From the NCBI GenBank assembly GCA_965217585.1, contig OZ244561.1:288001-352000 (forward strand): a DNA stretch of 64,000 bases, written 5' to 3'. The position numbers and the translations under genes are program-made. How positions within the stretch are numbered: position 1 is the stretch's first letter; each line of letters begins with the position of its first letter. The DNA is from Candidatus Latescibacterota bacterium. GTDB lineage: Bacteria; Latescibacterota; UBA2968; UBA8231. Shown piece after piece: positions 8,933 to 18,339 of the stretch. The notes beneath the pieces are model-generated. The model was not told where the DNA came from and did no database searches. It saw only the letters and a program-made list of their open reading frames with translations.

Positions 8933-10939
8933 GTGCCCTCCATGTCCCCCACCCTGTTCGACCGCACCCTGTTGCCCGAGGCCCTAGGCGAATTCGTCGT
9001 CATCGCCGATACCCACTATGCGTTGGCAGGAGGCGTCGGGATGGACGAATTCCCCTCCCGCGCCCAACAGAGCCGACGGGCGGCCGCGGCGTTGCATCTG
9101 GTGGCCGCCTTGGAGCCGGATTTTGTCGTGCATATGGGCGATGTGGTGCAGGAGTACCCCGGGAGCGCGGGCTTTATTCCGGCCCTGGATCAAGCCTTAG
9201 AGCAGATGGCCGCCTGCGGCGTGCAGCCGCGTTGGGTGGCGGGCAACCACGACGTCGGCGACAAACCCGACCCCACCATGCCGACCCATCCGGTTACAGC
9301 CGAAGGACTGGCCACATACCACCGACGCTTTGGCCCATCCTGGTACAGCTTTGACCATCACGACCTGCACTTGGTGGTGCTCAATAGCCAGATTCTGAAC
9401 ACCGGCCTGCCGGCAGAGGAAGAGCAAAGAACTTGGTTGGAAGCCGACCTAGCCGCGCACGCCCAGATGCGCATCGCGGCATTTTTGCACTTACCTCCCT
9501 ATCTGCACAATCCTGCCGAGCCGCATCTGGGGCACTACGACAACATCGGCGAACCAGCCCGCACTTGGCTGCTAAAATTATTGGCCGCCCACCGGGTGGC
9601 TTGGCTCTTTGCGGCCCACGTGCACTTTGCCTTTTGCGATCCGGCGGGAGCTTTGGACTATCGCACCGTCCCCTCCACTTCTTTTACGCGCCCCGGTTTT
9701 AGCCACTTGTTCAACAGCGCACCGCCGCCCGAGCAAGGCCGCAACGACCAACCCAAGCTGGGTTTTTACCTGTGTCGCCTGCGCCATAACCGACTCGACA
9801 TCCACCTGATCCGCACCGCCGAGACACCGGGATCGCGGCGATTGCTCACCCCGGCAACCGCCGACTTGGGCGGGGGCCCATTGGGACTGACCGCGACTCA
9901 TCCGCTGGGCTGGGAAGCGCAAGTTCCCATAACCTTCCCCTCGGTGGTGCGTCAGCTAGTGCGCAACGACTATCCCCTACTGGCCTGTCTAGAGCTAGGC
10001 GCACAGGCCCTGCGCTGCCCTTGGACCGATTTGGACCAGTCCGGTGACCGCTTGCGCTTTTTGCGCAGCCAAGGCGTCCAAGTGCAAGCGACCATGCTCG
10101 ACGACGAGACCACCCAGTACGAGTCCATTCTAGAAAGTTGCCGTGACCAAGTGGATACTTGGGAGATCCAGACGCCGGGCGGGCCTTGGCCATCTCCGGC
10201 GTGTCTGTATTTGTTCAAGAGCTACCATCGCAATCTGCGGCTGTCTTTGGCCCCGGTGATCCCCGGCCAGCAGATGGCCGGCAAGCAGCATCCCCGCACC
10301 CGAGTCGGCTACCGGCCCGACGAAATGGCCCAACTCGACCGTCGCTTGCAGGACACTGATACCTGGATAGAAGCGGCCCTCTGCCGACTGGATGCAACGG
10401 CCCCTTGGGAAGATGCCTTGGCTTGGCGCGAAGTAAGTGCCCTGACCACGATGGGTCGGCTGGATTTGCTCTTTGAGTTGCCGGGGCAAAGCGACCAAGA
10501 CGATGCGCTCCGAGCCGCAGAAGCACTCTTTGCAACGGCACTGCTGCCGAGGGCGCGGCTCTTTGTCGAGCCTTTTATCGATCTGGACCGCACCATGGAT
10601 GTCGGTCAGGGGCTTTTGGATCCCCTGTGCAACCCCCGCCCCGCCTTTGGCGTCCTGCGCTGCCTCAATACGCTGCTACAGCGCTTTCGCGTGCCCTTCG
10701 CCGAGGCCACTAGTAGTATAGAAGATGATGGCGCGACAGCGCGGCTGCTCCGGGGACCGACCCGCACGTTAGCATTGCTGTTGCCAGCGGTTGCAGGGGC
10801 TACAATTCCGTCGGTTGTGCCGGTTACCGGATCGGCGCGGCTCTATCGCCTAGCCGACGGCACCGTAGAAGAGATGGAGGCCGAGCGGCTGTCAGAGATA
10901 GCACTCGATCAGCCGAGCTTGGTGATCGTCGAAGATTAG
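8933..10939 (+). CDS. Metallophosphoesterase with long C-terminal extension
   Basis: DTH, GD, GNHD and HVH motifs in the N-terminal ~290 aa. Confidence 0.8.
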   Translation: MPSMSPTLFDRTLLPEALGEFVVIADTHYALAGGVGMDEFPSRAQQSRRAAAALHLVAALEPDFVVHMGDVVQEYPGSAGFIPALDQALEQMAACGVQPRWVAGNHDVGDKPDPTMPTHPVTAEGLATYHRRFGPSWYSFDHHDLHLVVLNSQILNTGLPAEEEQRTWLEADLAAHAQMRIAAFLHLPPYLHNPAEPHLGHYDNIGEPARTWLLKLLAAHRVAWLFAAHVHFAFCDPAGALDYRTVPSTSFTRPGFSHLFNSAPPPEQGRNDQPKLGFYLCRLRHNRLDIHLIRTAETPGSRRLLTPATADLGGGPLGLTATHPLGWEAQVPITFPSVVRQLVRNDYPLLACLELGAQALRCPWTDLDQSGDRLRFLRSQGVQVQATMLDDETTQYESILESCRDQVDTWEIQTPGGPWPSPACLYLFKSYHRNLRLSLAPVIPGQQMAGKQHPRTRVGYRPDEMAQLDRRLQDTDTWIEAALCRLDATAPWEDALAWREVSALTTMGRLDLLFELPGQSDQDDALRAAEALFATALLPRARLFVEPFIDLDRTMDVGQGLLDPLCNPRPAFGVLRCLNTLLQRFRVPFAEATSSIEDDGATARLLRGPTRTLALLLPAVAGATIPSVVPVTGSARLYRLADGTVEEMEAERLSEIALDQPSLVIVED

Positions 10940-11625
10940 TCGATGTGCTCGGTGCGGTCCGAGTCGAGCAGCGCGCGCATTTCCTCAATATTGTCCAGCC
11001 CCAGCCGGACTCGGCGAGTGAGGTTTTCCTCGGCCTCGCGCACCTTGGGCAAGGTTTCCACAATATGGTCGAACTGGTCGTGCGGGATGACCACCACCCC
11101 GTCGCGGTCGGCGACGACAATTTCCCCCGCATCGACGCAGGTCCCCCCCATGACTACGGGCATTCCGGCGGTACCCGGTCCATTGCGGGTGCAGGAGTTG
11201 GGAGTGATGCCCATGCAGAAGGCGGGCAGGCCAACGGGCAGGATGCCATCGATGTCGCGCATCAGACCGTCGGTGACAAGGCCGGTGATGCCTCGATTCC
11301 GCCCCATCGCTATCATGATGTCGCCGGCAACTGCGGTGCGGGTGAACGTATCCGTGGCAATGAAGATCGCGTCCCCTCGCTGCGCGATCTCGAGCGCGGC
11401 AAAGACGGCGAGGTTGTCGCCCGGCCCCGGATGACAGGTGACGACGGGCGCGACGAACTTGCAGTTGTCGGGGTCGAGCGGCTTGATGCGGTAGTCGAGC
11501 GCGCCGCGACCGTTCATGCAATCGACGATAAAACCGGTGGGAACATTGCGGAGAGCGCGTAGGACAGCTTCCGAAGGCCGCGGGAAGTTGCGGCGAACAG
11601 TGAGTAGCGGAGGATCTTTAATCAT
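10936..11625 (-). CDS. RraA family / HMG aldolase
   Basis: GDNL, AGD, DGLMRD, ADRDGVVVIP. Confidence 0.88.
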   Translation of the reverse strand: MIKDPPLLTVRRNFPRPSEAVLRALRNVPTGFIVDCMNGRGALDYRIKPLDPDNCKFVAPVVTCHPGPGDNLAVFAALEIAQRGDAIFIATDTFTRTAVAGDIMIAMGRNRGITGLVTDGLMRDIDGILPVGLPAFCMGITPNSCTRNGPGTAGMPVVMGGTCVDAGEIVVADRDGVVVIPHDQFDHIVETLPKVREAEENLTRRVRLGLDNIEEMRALLDSDRTEHID

Positions 11626-11655
11626 GTCAGCTCCAAGGGTGAATGAAGGCGGACT

Positions 11656-11685
11656 ATTCTATAAGAGGCCAAGGGCAGTTGTCAA
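11656..11685 (-). promoter_or_regulatory. Putative sigma70 promoter of the RraA-family gene
   Basis: TTGACA-N18-TAGAAT on the minus strand. Confidence 0.55.
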
Positions 11686-11752
11686 ACCCTAGGTCGGTAC
11701 AAGGGCTACCCTGCCATCGAAAAACGTCCAGTGTGGATTTTGACTATGCTTT

Positions 11753-12919
11753 TCAGCGCTCCACCGCACGCCCCCAAGGCCCAGGGATGTAGGGGAAGCG
11801 AGTTTCTAGGTCGTCGGCTAATTCCACGCCCCAGCCGGGCGCAGCGGGCAGCGCGAGGTAGCCTTCAGTCGCGGGCGGGTCTTTAAAGATGTCCCATTGC
11901 AACGGCCCTTGGCCGATGAACATTTCCATCACGTGCTCTTCGGGGAGAGCGGCGAGGAAGTGGGCGTTGGCTATGGTCAACAGACCGTTGTGCCAGTTCT
12001 GAGTAAAAAGCTCAATACCATACTCTTTGGCGCGGTGGTAGATGCGGATGGCCTCGCCGAGGCTGCAAACGCCAACATCGAGCTGGCCCTTGGCGTACGC
12101 TTTTTGCGCGAAGAACGGCTCAAACTGATCGAGGGTCGAGTTGGATTCGCCGCCGGTGATGGGCAGACTCAGTTCGGCGTTGAGGCGGGTGTAGCCGTCG
12201 ATCTGCTCCTTGGGCAGCGGTTCTTCAAACCACGTCCAGCCCTCTTCGTCGAGAAAGTGGCCAATCTCGCGGGCCTGCGCCTCGTCGAGGCGGCAATTGC
12301 CCTCCAGCATCAGCTCCATGCGCGCGCCCACCGCGTCGGTCACCTCCTGCAACAGGTCGATCATCTGCGCGACGGTGACGCCCGACCACGACCACTCGGT
12401 GCCCAGCCGCATCTTATAGGCGGTGAAGCCCCGGTCGGCGAGCGCCCGCGCTTCATCAACCACAGATGTGGGGCGATCGTCCCAGTCGTACTGCACGCCA
12501 CCCGAAGCATAGAGGCGCAAGAGGGTGCGCGGTTTGCGCTCGGGGGTTTCGGGCGTGATGAGGGGAACGATGAGTTCGGCGACTGTTTTGTTTTGCGCCT
12601 TGGCGCGCAGATCCCACAGCGCCAATTCGAGACCAGCGTGGACAATGTGCATCGAGCGGTCGCCGGTAGGTCTGAGAGCTAGATCCGGGTCGAGCGGATC
12701 GCGGCCGATGAGACTGGGCTTGAGCGCATCGAGCCGCTGGCGAATGAGCGGTGGATCGCCATAAGTGGAAGGTTCGGCGATGCCCTGCAAGCCGACGTCC
12801 GTGTCGATGATGACGATGGGACAGTCGGCTTTTTCCACGTGGAAGGTGGCGCTGAACCACTGACGGTCGGGTTCGTGGGGACGAGAAAGGCAGAGGGTGC
12901 GGATGTCGGTGATTTTCAC
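11753..12919 (-). CDS. Mandelate racemase/muconate lactonizing enzyme family protein
   Basis: LALWDLRAK, YASGG, KMR, WFEEP, GGE, PGWGVE. Confidence 0.9.
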   Translation of the reverse strand: MKITDIRTLCLSRPHEPDRQWFSATFHVEKADCPIVIIDTDVGLQGIAEPSTYGDPPLIRQRLDALKPSLIGRDPLDPDLALRPTGDRSMHIVHAGLELALWDLRAKAQNKTVAELIVPLITPETPERKPRTLLRLYASGGVQYDWDDRPTSVVDEARALADRGFTAYKMRLGTEWSWSGVTVAQMIDLLQEVTDAVGARMELMLEGNCRLDEAQAREIGHFLDEEGWTWFEEPLPKEQIDGYTRLNAELSLPITGGESNSTLDQFEPFFAQKAYAKGQLDVGVCSLGEAIRIYHRAKEYGIELFTQNWHNGLLTIANAHFLAALPEEHVMEMFIGQGPLQWDIFKDPPATEGYLALPAAPGWGVELADDLETRFPYIPGPWGRAVER

Positions 12920-12928
12920 GAGATCTCC

Positions 12929-13963
12929 TCAGCGCGAGTCGCGCATCCAATCCAGCGAGAAGCGGGCCAGGGTCAGACGCTCATAGGGCTGCTCGGTGCC
13001 GCATTCATAGAGACAGGCGACGCGACCGTCGGGCAGAACCGCTAGACAGGAGTACGCTGCCGGGCCGGGATGCAGGACGCGGGCACAGGCCCACGTTTGG
13101 CCGTCGTCGTCGCTGAGCCGCACGGTCATATTCTGGCGGCCCTCGGCGCTGGCGGGATTAGAAAAGAGCAAGCTAGTGCCGACCCGGCGGATGCTGGCCT
13201 GACAGATCGGCTCGACGAGGACGGGATCGCGCGCTATGGACGACCAGCTCTGGCCGCCGTCGTCGCTAAACGAAACGGCGCGGGCGCGGATGCTTGGATC
13301 GTAGTTGCGCATATTGAGCAGCAGGCGACCGTCCTGCAACTCGACGACTTCGCACTCGTTGACTTGGTCTTGCGGGGTCGAGCCGCCGAGCCGCCAGCTC
13401 TGGCCGCCATCGTCGCTGAGCAGGACGTGCGAGTAGTATTTCCTGGTGCCCGCTTCGATGTGGTCGCAGGGGACGACGAGCCGGCCAGTGGCTAGCTGGA
13501 TGCCAGCGCCTGGACCGGTGGCGTACCAAGTCCAGTTAGGTTGCTTAGCTGTGGCAGTGATCTCCACGGGAGGTGACCAAGTGCGTCCGTCGTCCTCGCT
13601 GCGCGTCAGCCACACCGTGCGGGTGCCCTCGCTCGTTTGGTCGATGATCTCGGGCTCGTGGTCACCGCCGAGATTGTGGGTCATCAGTAGAGAAATCGCA
13701 CCCGTGCGGGCATCGATTACCGGGCAGGGATTGCCGCAGGTGTTTGGACCGTCGTCCCACACCAGCTCGTAGGGAGCAAACGTCTGCCCGCCGTCGTCGC
13801 TGCGCCGCAACAGCATGTCGATGTCGCCAGTGTCGCCGCGGGCATTCTTGCGGCCCTCGCAAAAGGCGAGCACCGCGCCCGTTGGTGTGGTAATCAGGGA
13901 TGGGATGCGGAAGGTATGGTAGCCTTGGGTCCCGCTCTCAAAGAGGTCAATGGAATCGATCAT
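12929..13963 (-). CDS. Sialidase (GH33-like)
   Basis: FRIP motif and five Asp-boxes SxDxGxT/SW(F). Confidence 0.9.
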   Translation of the reverse strand: MIDSIDLFESGTQGYHTFRIPSLITTPTGAVLAFCEGRKNARGDTGDIDMLLRRSDDGGQTFAPYELVWDDGPNTCGNPCPVIDARTGAISLLMTHNLGGDHEPEIIDQTSEGTRTVWLTRSEDDGRTWSPPVEITATAKQPNWTWYATGPGAGIQLATGRLVVPCDHIEAGTRKYYSHVLLSDDGGQSWRLGGSTPQDQVNECEVVELQDGRLLLNMRNYDPSIRARAVSFSDDGGQSWSSIARDPVLVEPICQASIRRVGTSLLFSNPASAEGRQNMTVRLSDDDGQTWACARVLHPGPAAYSCLAVLPDGRVACLYECGTEQPYERLTLARFSLDWMRDSR

Positions 13964-13974
13964 GTCGTTGGCTC

Positions 13975-14331
13975 CTATACCATAAATCCTTCTACCGGCT
14001 CAAGTCTTTTGGCCACTGGATTGACGCCCATGAACACGCCTTCAAGGGCCAGAGCACCTAGCAACGGCACAGTCTCCTCCGCATTGAATAAAACGAGCGT
14101 AACCACCTCTCGCCCTTCAACTCGCAGCCACGTCTGGCCAACGTCCATAAGCCTAACCTCGCCTTGGCCAAACTGAAAACGCTGTTGCATCAAGGGCGTC
14201 ACCCCCAATTGGCGCAGAACGGACGCCGGAACCGAGGTTATAGACGCTCCTGTATCCACTAGCGCATCCAAGTCGATCCAGTGTGCCCGCTGTTGGTCGC
14301 CGATGCTAATCTGTACGTTGAACGTTCCCAT
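13975..14331 (-). CDS. Clan AA (retropepsin-like) aspartic protease
   Basis: ALVDTGAS and PLLGALALE. Confidence 0.85.
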   Translation of the reverse strand: MGTFNVQISIGDQQRAHWIDLDALVDTGASITSVPASVLRQLGVTPLMQQRFQFGQGEVRLMDVGQTWLRVEGREVVTLVLFNAEETVPLLGALALEGVFMGVNPVAKRLEPVEGFMV

Positions 14332-14501
14332 GTAATGCGGTCCTCGGAAAGGAAATCATTGGTTAGATATGTGGAATATACCCTGTCGAATCGGAGTAGA
14401 GCAAGAGCGTCCCTATATTGGTTGCAGGGAAAAAGTACGTCTGAGTAGATTCGGGTCGTTCACCTTCTTTGCCAACGACCACTAAACGGAGGAAACGCAA
14501 C

Positions 14502-15881
14502 GTGGACCCCATAACAGAGCTAGCCGAATTCGACCGCGAGACCGTCGCCCAAGCCAAAGCCGTCGAACAGCGCATCCAAGCCGAGGGCCTTGCAGCCGGG
14601 CACACCCTCCGCGACGTGCGCGTCTTCCGGGTGCTAATGCCCTGGGTTGGGACCAAGCGCTGGGATGGCTCGGCCGAGGGGTTTACCTTTGCCGAGTTCG
14701 AGACCGATAAGGGCTTGGTCGGCATTGCCGAGGGAGCCAACGCGGACGCCGAAGAATTAAAGGGCAAAGTCCTAGGCAAAAATCCTTTTGACCCCAGCAT
14801 CCGCGCCGATATGGGCCTAGCCTACTGGGACCTGAGCGGCAAAATCGCCAACCGACCATTGGGCCAGTACTTGCACGAACTCTTCGCGCTAGAGACCCCC
14901 TTGGCAGAGCGCGTACCCATGTCGGCCTATACTTGGTATAGCTTCCCCGACCTCAACGGCGAAAACGCCGTTACCTTTGAGAGTTATCCTTCCTACGTAC
15001 AGGAAATTATCCACACCCACGGCTTCCACAACATCAAGCTCTCAATGTGCGATTTTGAGCCGCATCACTATGTGGAATTGGTGCGCAACATCCGCGCGGC
15101 TGTGGGAGCAGACGTGGACATTCGCGTCGACCCACACGCTTCTTGGGGCGAGGCGCAGGCGCTGCGCTTTATGCGCGAGGTCGAGGACTACCACCCGGAG
15201 TGGATTGAGGAGCCGGTAGGAGGGCGTTTTGCTCACATCTTCCGCGCTGGCCATCGCCTGCGGCTGTTGAGCACCATACCGATCTCGTCACACGCTTGGC
15301 TGCCGCCGCTAGTACCGCATTCTGATGCCAAGGGTCGTTACGGCGATGGTGCTCTAGATGCAGCGCTGGATCTGGACGCACTACACCGCTGGAAACCGGC
15401 CGACATTTCCGCTCCCGACGCGTACGCGGGGCCGCTGGCGCTCAAGCGCTATTACGACGCGGCGCGCTTTCTGGGTATGGGGATCGGCATGCACAGCGCT
15501 TATGAACTGGGACCGGCGACAGCCATCCGCCTGCACATCGCTGCCTTCACCTTTCCCTATGAAATGCCCTATCACATCGTCTGGGGGCGGGACCGCGCCT
15601 TTCCGCCCTTTTCAGCGCATGCGATCGACGCGCATTACAACCAGTGGGCCGACGACGTAATCTGCGGCGGCAAGATGGCCTACGACCAAGGGTTCCTCAC
15701 CGTACCTACGGGGCCCGGGCTAGGCGTCGAACTCGACCCCGAGCGCCTGCGTCACTACGCCTTCAGCGAAGAAAAGGCCGCAGCCCATACCCGCCACATC
15801 GAACAGATCCGCGCAACCCATCTCGACGCGCTGGGCTGGCGTGTGGAGCGCAGCGGCTGGCGACGTTATCGGACGCGCTAG
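14502..15881 (+). CDS. Enolase-superfamily dehydratase (glucarate-dehydratase-like, divergent)
   Basis: YWDLSGK, RVDPH, WIEEP, MHS, GPGLGVELD; GTG start after GGAGG. Confidence 0.8.
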   Translation: MDPITELAEFDRETVAQAKAVEQRIQAEGLAAGHTLRDVRVFRVLMPWVGTKRWDGSAEGFTFAEFETDKGLVGIAEGANADAEELKGKVLGKNPFDPSIRADMGLAYWDLSGKIANRPLGQYLHELFALETPLAERVPMSAYTWYSFPDLNGENAVTFESYPSYVQEIIHTHGFHNIKLSMCDFEPHHYVELVRNIRAAVGADVDIRVDPHASWGEAQALRFMREVEDYHPEWIEEPVGGRFAHIFRAGHRLRLLSTIPISSHAWLPPLVPHSDAKGRYGDGALDAALDLDALHRWKPADISAPDAYAGPLALKRYYDAARFLGMGIGMHSAYELGPATAIRLHIAAFTFPYEMPYHIVWGRDRAFPPFSAHAIDAHYNQWADDVICGGKMAYDQGFLTVPTGPGLGVELDPERLRHYAFSEEKAAAHTRHIEQIRATHLDALGWRVERSGWRRYRTR

Positions 15882-15907
15882 GCTCTTTTAATAAACCACG
15901 GAAAGCT

Positions 15908-18283
15908 TCAATAGACCACTGAAATCACGCGCCGGACGCGCTGCTCATGCGCGTCTCCATCAAGGTGGAGTTCGAGCACGTAGAGGCCGGGCGGCACCAG
16001 TTGCCCTGCTTGATCGCGGCCGTCCCAAGTGAAGTGCTGAGCACCCGCAGTGACGGCTTGGGAGTGCTCGACGAGCGCGTGGCCGGCCAAGTCGTAGAGC
16101 CGCAGATGCCAAGGACGCGGTTCGAGGATGTTGATCACGTCGGCGCGGACGGCGAGCACATCGTTTATGCCGTCGCCGTTGGGCGTCAGCACCTCCGTGT
16201 CAAAGACGACGTTGAGCAGCAGGTCGCGGGCAACGGGCAGGCCGACGACATTGCTGCTGCTGGCAACTTGATCGGTAGCATCCCCGGGATCGACGCGCTG
16301 GCGGCTGGCGTCCTCGGTGCGAGCGTCTTGGATAAAAAGGACGAAGGGGGTGGACTGCTGGAAAACCTGTGCGGCGAAGCGCAATTCGACGAGATCGTCG
16401 TCGCGCAGCGGCTGGGGGAAGGTCACCGCAAAGCCAGCTTCGACCGGCTGGTCTGTGACCTCTAAGGGGGCGTCGTTGACCAAGGCACGGACAAAGCGCG
16501 TCGGCGTCGGCGTCTCCAAGACGAGGCGATCGAACCCAGATGCCCTAGTCTCGCGCGGGCGCAAGAAGAAGCGGAACTCGGTTTCCTCGCCCGGCAAAAC
16601 ATGGGTCGGGAAAATTTCGCTGACGGCGCGCTGGGATAGCGGATCGCTGAATGCAATGTTGAGTGCGTCGAGTTGGAGTGCCACCGATGGGGCTGCGGTG
16701 ACCATCCGCATCTGTAGCTGAGCGTAGCGGCGCGGCGAAGGCGACTGGAACTCCTGGCCTGAGAAGGCGTAGAGCTTGCTCCACGCGCTCCAGTCGCCGC
16801 CGATGACCTGGGAGGTATCGATCGGCCCCTTGAAGCTGGGAATCAGCTTGTCATAGCGCTTCTTGCTGACTTGCTTGCCGTTCTTGTCGTAGTAGGTGAG
16901 CAAGTTTTCGACTTCATTGCCAGAGCGGCTGCGTAATTCCAATCGGGTGCCCAGCGGGATGTCGGCCTCGTAGGATAGAGCGTTGAGGCTTTTTGGGCTT
17001 TGGAAGTCAATGATGTGCGAGCGAAATTTTAGGTTCTGCGGGAAGCCCTCACCGAACACCTGAAGCTCTTCGGCGAACCCCCGGAAAACCCAGCGATTAC
17101 TCGCGTCCCAGTTCTTCCACAACACCCGGATAAAGCGGGTGGGCACCAGCCCGAACTCGTGGGTGGCGGCACCAGTTACTTTTTTGACGTGTTCGCTAGC
17201 GGTGCCGGAATAGTACTTCTGCCAGATCAGGGTGCCATCGGGCGCTACGGAGCCGTCGGAACCGAGCACCTCGTAGAAATTGAACCCAAAGGAGCGCCGG
17301 GTGATGAAGAAGTCGATGACCCGGCCGCTGCCAGCGGTGATGCCGCCACCGGGCCGGGCAACTACGCCGCCGACGATTTTGAGTTTGTCGATAAAGTAGG
17401 TGGCACCCAGGTCGAGGACGATGTGCGAAAAGACGTCGCGCTCGGCTTGGATGGTGCGCCGCACAAACCAGCGGGTGGAGAGGTCGCCGTCGATGAGCAC
17501 TTGGATGTTGCCCAGCGGAATGAGGTCTTGAGTGACGAACGCATCGAGCACGACTTCGAGGTACCCGCCGCGTTCGAGCATCCCCAAGGCTATATTGTCG
17601 CCCAGCGCTTCGACCTCGACTTCGAGGAGACGGGTGTTCGGTTCGAGGGCGAGCAGATCCAAGCGCACGTACTGGATCGGCGTGTGGAAGGGCTGATCGA
17701 GTTCATAGGTAATCTCGTGGCGGGTGTTTTCCTTGAAGCGCTCGCGCCAGCGGTAGATGACGGTCCCGGCGATGGGGTTGTCCACCTCGTCAACGGCGTG
17801 TTCGCCAGTAGAGAGCAGCAGGTCAAAAAGCGACGGCGCAGGGCCTTGGGGATCAAAGATCAGCTTGACTCGGCGGGCGGAGACGCCCCGGCCCAAATCG
17901 ACCTCAATGGTCCAGTTTGCGGGGGGATCGTCCAGATGGGGGTGCCAGCCGGTGGAGCGATCGCCATCCATGACCAGCGGCGCGTCTCGTAGGTTGGAAC
18001 CAGCGCGGCGGATGCCGCCGCCAAAGGCCGCGGCATTGAGGACGGCATTGATGTCGCGGTGAACAGCGACGGGCTTGAGGGCACCCTGTGGGGTCAGCTC
18101 GACCGTGCCGGGTAGCGGCCAGGCCTGCCAGTCGCGGCGGGAGGCAAAGCGAATCTCGTCGGCACTCGCTGGGGGCACACTGAGAACGGCGCAGACAACC
18201 GCACATATAGCAATCCTGAATGATTGAACAATTCGAGATGCGGATCGTCTTGTTTCTACTATTCTGCGTCCTTCTGCGTCCAT
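15908..18283 (-). CDS. Secreted protein with discoidin-like modules and C-terminal FlgD Ig-like domain
   Basis: Signal-like N-terminus; TPNGDG...WDGRD..G..VPPGLY; paralog of 19435-21741; start uncertain because of an insert. Confidence 0.8.
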   Translation of the reverse strand: MDAEGRRIVETRRSASRIVQSFRIAICAVVCAVLSVPPASADEIRFASRRDWQAWPLPGTVELTPQGALKPVAVHRDINAVLNAAAFGGGIRRAGSNLRDAPLVMDGDRSTGWHPHLDDPPANWTIEVDLGRGVSARRVKLIFDPQGPAPSLFDLLLSTGEHAVDEVDNPIAGTVIYRWRERFKENTRHEITYELDQPFHTPIQYVRLDLLALEPNTRLLEVEVEALGDNIALGMLERGGYLEVVLDAFVTQDLIPLGNIQVLIDGDLSTRWFVRRTIQAERDVFSHIVLDLGATYFIDKLKIVGGVVARPGGGITAGSGRVIDFFITRRSFGFNFYEVLGSDGSVAPDGTLIWQKYYSGTASEHVKKVTGAATHEFGLVPTRFIRVLWKNWDASNRWVFRGFAEELQVFGEGFPQNLKFRSHIIDFQSPKSLNALSYEADIPLGTRLELRSRSGNEVENLLTYYDKNGKQVSKKRYDKLIPSFKGPIDTSQVIGGDWSAWSKLYAFSGQEFQSPSPRRYAQLQMRMVTAAPSVALQLDALNIAFSDPLSQRAVSEIFPTHVLPGEETEFRFFLRPRETRASGFDRLVLETPTPTRFVRALVNDAPLEVTDQPVEAGFAVTFPQPLRDDDLVELRFAAQVFQQSTPFVLFIQDARTEDASRQRVDPGDATDQVASSSNVVGLPVARDLLLNVVFDTEVLTPNGDGINDVLAVRADVINILEPRPWHLRLYDLAGHALVEHSQAVTAGAQHFTWDGRDQAGQLVPPGLYVLELHLDGDAHEQRVRRVISVVY

Positions 18284-18322
18284 CTGTGTCTATCTGCGGA
18301 TCATCGCATGAATGATTGAACA
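18217..18322. repeat. 78-bp insert containing four decamer repeats, flanked by a perfect 14-bp direct repeat
   Basis: TGAATGATTGAACA at 18217-18230 and 18309-18322; ATTCTGCGTC/CTTCTGCGTC/CATCTGTGTC/TATCTGCGGA at 18261-18300. Confidence 0.75.
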
Positions 18323-18339
18323 TTGCTTGGATTCAAACG

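Noticed and set aside
14332-14370. Possible sialidase start stub upstream of the aspartic protease gene
   Set aside because: Similarity (CCAATGATTTCC vs CCAACGACATGATCGATTCC) needs gaps and is at chance level.
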